This document shows, one piece after another, positions 58,892 through 64,000 of a stretch of 64,000 nucleotides of DNA (its first letter is position 1; every line of letters starts with the position of its first letter). The notes beneath the pieces were generated by a model, which saw only the letters and a list, made by a program, of their open reading frames with translations, was not told where the DNA came from and did no database searches. Position numbers and translations under genes: made by a program. The stretch comes from Minisyncoccota bacterium (GTDB lineage: Bacteria > Patescibacteriota > Minisyncoccia > Phycocordibacterales > Phycocordibacteraceae), in contig DASZVH010000008.1 in assembly GCA_035547315.1 (NCBI GenBank), forward strand, positions 33,233 through 97,232, given 5' to 3'.

Positions 58892-59959
58892 TCAATCGAG
58901 AGAGAAGGGGAGTTCGGTCCCCGCGAGCCGCTCGTGCGCGCCGGCGAGTACCATCGCGAGACCTTCCTCGAGCGAGAGTTTCGGCTTCCAGTCGATCTCG
59001 CGTGCGAGGCGCGTCGTGTCGGCATACCGATTCGCGACGCCGACCGGCTTGTCGGAGAGCGGCCGTATCTTCGCGCTTCGCTTCTCGACGGTGAGCATTT
59101 TCTTGATGAGGTCGAGGAAGGAGGTGATCGTGCCGGTGCCGATGTTGACGCCCGAGCCGTCGGAAATGCGGTCGAGGATCGCGAAGAACGCATCGACGCA
59201 ATCGTCGATATGAATGAAATCGCGGCTTTGTGCGCCGGTGCCCCAGACCTCGATCGGATCGTCGCCGCGCGCAATCCGGAGCGCGATCGAGGGCGTGGGG
59301 TAGGTGAGATCCTGATCCTCGCCGAAGCCGGAGAAGGGCCGGACGCAAGCGATCCGGACGCCGTAGCGTTCGTGCGCGAGGCGCGCGAGATACTCGCCGG
59401 TCAGCTTCGACCAGCCATAGGTCATGTCGGGCGTCCCGAGGTCGGCCTTGAAATCGATCATATGCTCGGCGAGCGCGACGGCGCCCTCGCTCTTCTGTAG
59501 CCGGGTGGGATAGGCCGCCGAGGAAGAGGCGTAGAGCACGCGGCCGGCCTTGTCCGGGAAGCGCGAAAGCCAGAGGAAGAAAGCGGCGTCTATGCCGAGG
59601 TCGGTCGCGACCAAGAGCGGATCGCCGTCTATAAGCGCGCGGCCGCCGACGATGGAAGCGAGATGGAAGATATCGCCGAAGGCGGGCAGTTCTACCGGGT
59701 GCGTGCCTGCCGCCTGCTCATGGAAGAAGGCGATCGCGTCGGCTTTATGGAATACGATAGTCCGGCCGCTTTTGGTAAAGCGCGTAAAGCCGCGCTCGGG
59801 CTCTTTCTTCCAGCTCGCGAGCCATTCTTCGGGCGCGTGTCCGCTGGCGATCGAGAGGTTGTCCACGATCCAGATTTCCCGGTAGCCGCGGGCGAGCAAT
59901 CCTTTCACAAGATGCCGACCGACGAATCCGCATCCGCCAGTGATGAGGACGGGCTTCAT
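58892..59959 (-). CDS. NAD-dependent sugar-nucleotide epimerase/dehydratase (SDR family)
   Basis: ITGGCGFVGRHLVKGLLARGY (Rossmann GxxGxxG), catalytic YGWSK (YxxxK). Specificity not determinable. Confidence 0.7.
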   Translation of the reverse strand: MKPVLITGGCGFVGRHLVKGLLARGYREIWIVDNLSIASGHAPEEWLASWKKEPERGFTRFTKSGRTIVFHKADAIAFFHEQAAGTHPVELPAFGDIFHLASIVGGRALIDGDPLLVATDLGIDAAFFLWLSRFPDKAGRVLYASSSAAYPTRLQKSEGAVALAEHMIDFKADLGTPDMTYGWSKLTGEYLARLAHERYGVRIACVRPFSGFGEDQDLTYPTPSIALRIARGDDPIEVWGTGAQSRDFIHIDDCVDAFFAILDRISDGSGVNIGTGTITSFLDLIKKMLTVEKRSAKIRPLSDKPVGVANRYADTTRLAREIDWKPKLSLEEGLAMVLAGAHERLAGTELPFSLD

Positions 59960-60684
59960 GTCCCGCTACTATAGCGCAGTTTGTAGAGAGGCAGGAAGCG
60001 CACCCGCAGGCCGACTTTGGCGTAGGCCATGATTTGGCCGAGGTCGGCATGGCTCACGCCTTCGGTGCGCGCGCGCCACGGCGCGGAAATCTCCACCGCC
60101 CGATAGCCGAGCCGCAGCGGCTTCACGATCGTCTCAAAAAGGAACGGGAAGCGCGTTTCTTCCCAGCGGATCCCTTTGAGTACTTCGGCGCGATAGGCGC
60201 GATAGGCATAGGTCAGGTCGGTGAGGCGCGTCCAATAGAGCGTGCGGAAGAAAAGCTGGAAAAGGTAATTGCATACGAGCTTCACCGGATGGTAGCCGGT
60301 GAAATGCGCGCCGCCGCGCCACCGACTGGTCGCCGCGATGTCGGCGCCCGCGTCAAGCGTGGCGACCAGTTGCGGCAACACCGCCGGATCGGTCTCGAGA
60401 TCCGAAGCCATGAGGACGACGTACGCACCCTTCGCGCGGGCGAAGGCCTCTTGAATGGCGCCGCCGATTCCGGGACGCGACTGATCGAAAGCGACGACCG
60501 CTTCGCCGAAGCGGCCGCGCAGTTCTTCGATCGTCGCGCGGCAGGCCGCGGTCGTGAGCTTCGGGGAAGTGACCATGAGGAATTCGAGATCCCGATCGCG
60601 AAGCAGGGAGGCGGCGCGCTCCGCGGTTTCGGCGAGGGAATAGGTCTCATCGGTCGCGGGCAGGACGAGCGATACCGAGCGCAT
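59956..60684 (-). CDS. GT2 glycosyltransferase (polyprenol-phosphate sugar synthase-like)
   Basis: LVLPATDETYSL...VLMASDLETDP (DxD-type), GT-A fold, 242 aa. Confidence 0.65.
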   Translation of the reverse strand: MRSVSLVLPATDETYSLAETAERAASLLRDRDLEFLMVTSPKLTTAACRATIEELRGRFGEAVVAFDQSRPGIGGAIQEAFARAKGAYVVLMASDLETDPAVLPQLVATLDAGADIAATSRWRGGAHFTGYHPVKLVCNYLFQLFFRTLYWTRLTDLTYAYRAYRAEVLKGIRWEETRFPFLFETIVKPLRLGYRAVEISAPWRARTEGVSHADLGQIMAYAKVGLRVRFLPLYKLRYSSGT

Positions 60685-60753
60685 TGCGATCAGTATAGCG
60701 AGGCCCCGGTTGCGGCGCGAGGCATGCTATCATCGGGCGCACGAGCCCATAGC

Positions 60754-62397
60754 ATGAAGCGATTCCACCTCTATAGGGTGCGTTTCTGGGGCGCGTATCG
60801 CCCGGAGACCGTCGCGGCGCTCGGCGCGCTCGGCGTCCTCTTCACGATTCTTGCCGCGACGCTGGTCCTGCTACACGGTCATTTTTCTTACGCCTTCGAC
60901 GACCCGTACATTGGGCTTGCGCTCGCGGAAAATATCGCGCGCTTCGGTCACTACGGCGTGAATCTCGTCGAATATTCCTCACCCTCTTCTTCGATCCTCT
61001 ATCCTTTTCTCCTTGTTCCGTTTTTCTGGATCGGCATCCCGACTGCGGGGCCGCTCATTCTCGCCTTCTTCTTCACCGCCGCGACCGCCGCCCTCTGCGC
61101 GTGGTATTTCTCCAAGCGCCTCCGATTCTCGGATCCGCTCGCGGCCGGCCTCGCGCTCGGCCTTGCCGCCGCCGCGGGAGCGTTCGGCGTTGCGTTCTCC
61201 GGCCTCGAGCACAGCCTGCATATTTTGGCGACGGTGCTGCTTGCCTTCGCGCTCATCGAGTTCGTACGCGCGCAGTGGTCCGACGGCGCGGTTTCCTCGC
61301 GCTGGCTTTGGGTCCTGGTAGGCGCCGCGATATTGAATCCCCTCATCCGATTCGAAGGTCTCGCGCTCTCCGCGTGCGTCATGGTCATCTTGGTGTGCGC
61401 GCGCCGCGTGGGGGCGGCCGCGCTCGCGCTCGCGGGGATCGCCGGATGCCTCGGCATCTATATGCTCGCGATGCAGCATCTCGGGCTGCCGCTTTTGCCG
61501 AGCTCGGTCTTGACGAAAGAGTCCTCGGCGGCGCTGATCGTCGGCGCACCCCACGGGTTTCTCGGCGGGGTATTAGGCACGATCATCCGGCAACTTTTCG
61601 CAAATCTGCGCGGCATGAGCCCGCAGCTCGCCGCGGCGCTGATCGGTCCATTTCTGCTGCTTGCGGGATATGTGGCTTTCGCCGATCGCGGGTGCCGCGC
61701 GGAGAAGGTTCTCTCGTGGGGAGCGCTCGGCGTGCTCGCTCTTTATTTCTGCTTCGGCAATGTGCTCAGCCTGCGCTACGACTGCTTTCTGATCGCTTTC
61801 GCGCTCGCGCTCATCGCGTACGTGTACCGCGAGACCATACAAAATATCGCGCGCCTTGATTTTGGCCGGATCGCCGCGCTCGCCGTTCTCGCCGCGCTCG
61901 TCTTTGCCATACAGATCAAAGCGGCGGCTTTCATCCCGCTCGCCGCAGATAATATTTACCTCCAGCAGTATCAGATGCATCGCTTGGCCGTCCTGCTCGA
62001 CATGCCCGTGGCGGTGAATGATCTCGGCTGGGTCAGTTACGAGAACGATCAATACGTGCTCGACCTCTTCGGCCTCGCGTCGGAGCCGGCACGGCAGGCG
62101 CGCGCGGCGCACGATCTCTCCTATGCGGAGCGTCTCGCGCGCGAATATAACGTCCACTTCGCTATGGTATATCCGGAGCTGCTCGGGGAATATCTGCCGG
62201 GGAACTGGGTGCGCATCGGTACCTTGCAGTTCAGTGTGCGGAAGGTCAATGCGGCCAATTCATCCGTTTCCTTGTATGCGTTTGATCTCACGCCGGAAGC
62301 CTGCCGTGCGCTCGCGAATCGAATCGCCGCATTCGGCTCGTCCCTGCCTTCCGGCGCATCGCTTACGACCGACCCCGCCGCCTGCGCCGCGTTGTAA
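60754..62397 (+). CDS. large polytopic membrane protein with C-terminal soluble domain (GT-C-like candidate)
   Basis: ~13 TM helices, then a ~130-aa C-terminal extracytoplasmic domain. Start at MKRFHLYRV. The ORF from 60034 is a wrong-context N-terminal extension overlapping the GT2 on the opposite strand. Confidence 0.45.
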   Translation: MKRFHLYRVRFWGAYRPETVAALGALGVLFTILAATLVLLHGHFSYAFDDPYIGLALAENIARFGHYGVNLVEYSSPSSSILYPFLLVPFFWIGIPTAGPLILAFFFTAATAALCAWYFSKRLRFSDPLAAGLALGLAAAAGAFGVAFSGLEHSLHILATVLLAFALIEFVRAQWSDGAVSSRWLWVLVGAAILNPLIRFEGLALSACVMVILVCARRVGAAALALAGIAGCLGIYMLAMQHLGLPLLPSSVLTKESSAALIVGAPHGFLGGVLGTIIRQLFANLRGMSPQLAAALIGPFLLLAGYVAFADRGCRAEKVLSWGALGVLALYFCFGNVLSLRYDCFLIAFALALIAYVYRETIQNIARLDFGRIAALAVLAALVFAIQIKAAAFIPLAADNIYLQQYQMHRLAVLLDMPVAVNDLGWVSYENDQYVLDLFGLASEPARQARAAHDLSYAERLAREYNVHFAMVYPELLGEYLPGNWVRIGTLQFSVRKVNAANSSVSLYAFDLTPEACRALANRIAAFGSSLPSGASLTTDPAACAAL

Positions 62398-62426
62398 GAG
62401 ACCGATATGCTATACTGCCCCGCATC

Positions 62427-64000
62427 ATGCAGCAGGGAGGGATGGTCAAGCAGATAGCTCGTTGGACCGCGCTCGGGGCCTTGTTCCTGATCCCGATCGC
62501 GCCGCTCATCGTCGCCAACGCCTTCTTCTTCCCCTTCATTACCGGCAAGGCCTTCTACTTCCGCATCCTGGTCGAGATCCTCGTCTGCGCCTGGCTCGTG
62601 CTCGCCCTCGTCGACAAGGAGTACCGGCCGCGCTTCTCCTGGGTGGGACTAGCGGTGCTCGCGTTCGTCGCCTGGATGCTCGTCGCGGACCTTACCGCGG
62701 TCAACGCGGTCAAGGCCTTCTGGAGCAACTTCGAGCGGATGGAGGGCTGGGTCTTGCTCGTCCACCTGCTCGGTTTCTTCCTCGCGGCCTCGGCGGTGCT
62801 GCGAGTGGAGCGGCAGTGGCGCAACTGGTTCCTCGCCTCGCTCGCGGTCTCGGTGGTGATCGTCCTCCACTCCTTCCTCCAGCTTGCGGGCGTCGCGGCG
62901 ATCCATCAAGGCGCGACCCGCATCGACGCCTCCTTCGGCAATTCCGCTTATCTCGCCGTCTACTTCCTCTTCAACGTCTTCCTCGCGTTCTGGCTCGCGC
63001 TCACCGAGGAGCGCGCCTGGCTCAAGTGGTCCCTGCTCGCGCTCGCGGTTGTCGAGGGCGTACTCGTCTTTTATACCCAGACGCGCGGCACGATCCTGGG
63101 CCTCACCGGCGGCGCGGCACTCGTCGCGCTCCTCTTCGCGCTCGCCTCCGGCGGGCGCGCGCGCCGCATCGCGGCGGGCGGCCTCGCGCTCATCGTGGTC
63201 CTTGCCGGCGGCTTCCTGCTTATTAAGGACACGAGTTTCGTGAAGGAGCACGGCATCCTCGAACGCATCGCCTCCATCTCGCTCCAGGACGGGCAGGTGC
63301 GCTTCACCCTCTGGCGGATGGCGGGCGTCGGTGTCTCGGCGAGCGCCAAGACCGCGCTCTTGGGCTACGGGCAGGAGGGCTATAATTACGTTTTCAACGA
63401 ATATTACGACCCCTCGCTCTACGCGCAGGAGCAATGGTTCGACCGCGCGCACAACGCGTTCATCGACTGGCTCGTCGCGGGCGGCATGCCGGCTTTCCTC
63501 CTCTATATCTCGCTCTTCCTCGCCGCGATCGTCGCGCTCTGGAGGAGCCCGCTCGCCCGGCCGGAGAAGATCGCGCTCACCGCCGCGCTCGCGGGCTATA
63601 TCGTCCACAACCTCTTCGTCTTCGATAATCTCTACGCCTATATCTACTTCTTCGCCATCCTCGCGCTCGTCGACAGCCAGGTGGGCCGGCCGCTGCGGGC
63701 ATTCGAGAATGCGGGCGAGCTCGACGCCGCCGCTGCAGGCGGCGCGCTCGCGGGCGCGGGGATTCTCGCCGCGCTCCTGATCTGGTTCGTGAACATCCCG
63801 CAGATGGAGGCCTCCGGCGAGCTCATCCAGGCGCTCTCTGGGCAGAGCGCGGGCCCCTCGGCCAATCTCGCCGCCTTCGAGGATCTCGTGAAGCAGGACT
63901 CGCCGCAGATGCAGGAGGTCCGCGAGCAGCTGGTCTCCTTCGCCTCCCAGATCGCCCAGAATCAGTCCGCCGACGCGAGCACTACGCAGGCGCTCCTCAC
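62427..64000 (+). CDS. O-antigen ligase / Wzy_C family membrane protein (3' partial, runs off window)
   Basis: Reading frame is open from ATG 62427 to the window end. Multiple TM helices and the Wzy_C-type loop (RAHNAFIDWLVAGGMPAFLLY). Not in the ORF table because no stop occurs before 64000. Confidence 0.55.
   Translation, partial: MQQGGMVKQIARWTALGALFLIPIAPLIVANAFFFPFITGKAFYFRILVEILVCAWLVLALVDKEYRPRFSWVGLAVLAFVAWMLVADLTAVNAVKAFWSNFERMEGWVLLVHLLGFFLAASAVLRVERQWRNWFLASLAVSVVIVLHSFLQLAGVAAIHQGATRIDASFGNSAYLAVYFLFNVFLAFWLALTEERAWLKWSLLALAVVEGVLVFYTQTRGTILGLTGGAALVALLFALASGGRARRIAAGGLALIVVLAGGFLLIKDTSFVKEHGILERIASISLQDGQVRFTLWRMAGVGVSASAKTALLGYGQEGYNYVFNEYYDPSLYAQEQWFDRAHNAFIDWLVAGGMPAFLLYISLFLAAIVALWRSPLARPEKIALTAALAGYIVHNLFVFDNLYAYIYFFAILALVDSQVGRPLRAFENAGELDAAAAGGALAGAGILAALLIWFVNIPQMEASGELIQALSGQSAGPSANLAAFEDLVKQDSPQMQEVREQLVSFASQIAQNQSADASTTQALL

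Noticed and set aside
62018-63608. ORFs 62018-63226 (+) and 62649-63608 (-) overlapping the O-antigen-ligase-like gene
   Set aside because: Both are Arg/Pro/Gly-rich wrong-frame products. The open-ended frame starting at 62427 has coherent TM topology and a Wzy_C motif.

Overview
High-GC (~65-70%) bacterial chromosome segment. Genes are densely packed, nearly all lack Shine-Dalgarno motifs, and many overlap by ATGA stop/start, indicating long operons. The rRNA genes are unlinked: a 23S-5S unit at ~15.3-18.9 kb, and a separate 16S-tRNA-Ile unit at ~27.8-29.8 kb. Each unit has its own sigma70-like promoter, and the two leaders share a 15-nt motif followed by a similar hairpin. The 23S gene carries a ~430-nt ORF-less insertion exactly at the classical L2593 (I-CreI) group I intron site. 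The 16S has primer-site divergences (e.g. GTGCCAGCAGGAGCGGTAA) and a 3' tail that appears to lack the CCUCC anti-SD. Together with SD-less genes, a huge peptidoglycan-binding repeat surface protein, a ComEA-like protein and a rRNA intron, this is reminiscent of Patescibacteria/CPR-like lineages, although the high GC is atypical. This placement is tentative.

Recognisable housekeeping genes: efp, an ECF sigma factor plus a putative anti-sigma, recA, ftsK, rplJ-rplL, rodA/ftsW, folD, secD-secF, an archaeal-type UMP kinase, murD-murI-murC and rsmI. About 27 kb (37.2-64 kb) is a large surface-glycan biosynthesis locus. It contains a UDP-glucuronate decarboxylase-like enzyme, a second epimerase, and a homolog of plant RGP/UDP-arabinopyranose mutase (GT75). 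It also contains many GT4 and GT2 glycosyltransferases, including a GT4-GT4 fusion and a deacetylase-GT2 fusion. Further genes are methyltransferases, a hexapeptide acetyltransferase, acetyl-CoA synthetase, a Wzx flippase, and an O-antigen-ligase-like protein. A GT2-GtrA / GT-C / SMR-like flippase trio typical of lipid-carrier glycosylation is present; an initiating polyprenyl-phosphate sugar transferase lies upstream, outside the locus, at 21.9-23.2 kb.

Two low-GC islets stand out. One (10.2-11.3 kb) encodes a fused wHTH-GHKL ATPase-STAS protein preceded by three 9-bp direct repeats at 22-bp spacing. The other (39.3-39.9 kb) encodes a small cupin. A TraD/VirD4-like soluble ATPase sits next to a ComEA(HhH)-PKD-membrane-anchor protein. 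No CRISPR arrays, transposases or integrases were recognised.
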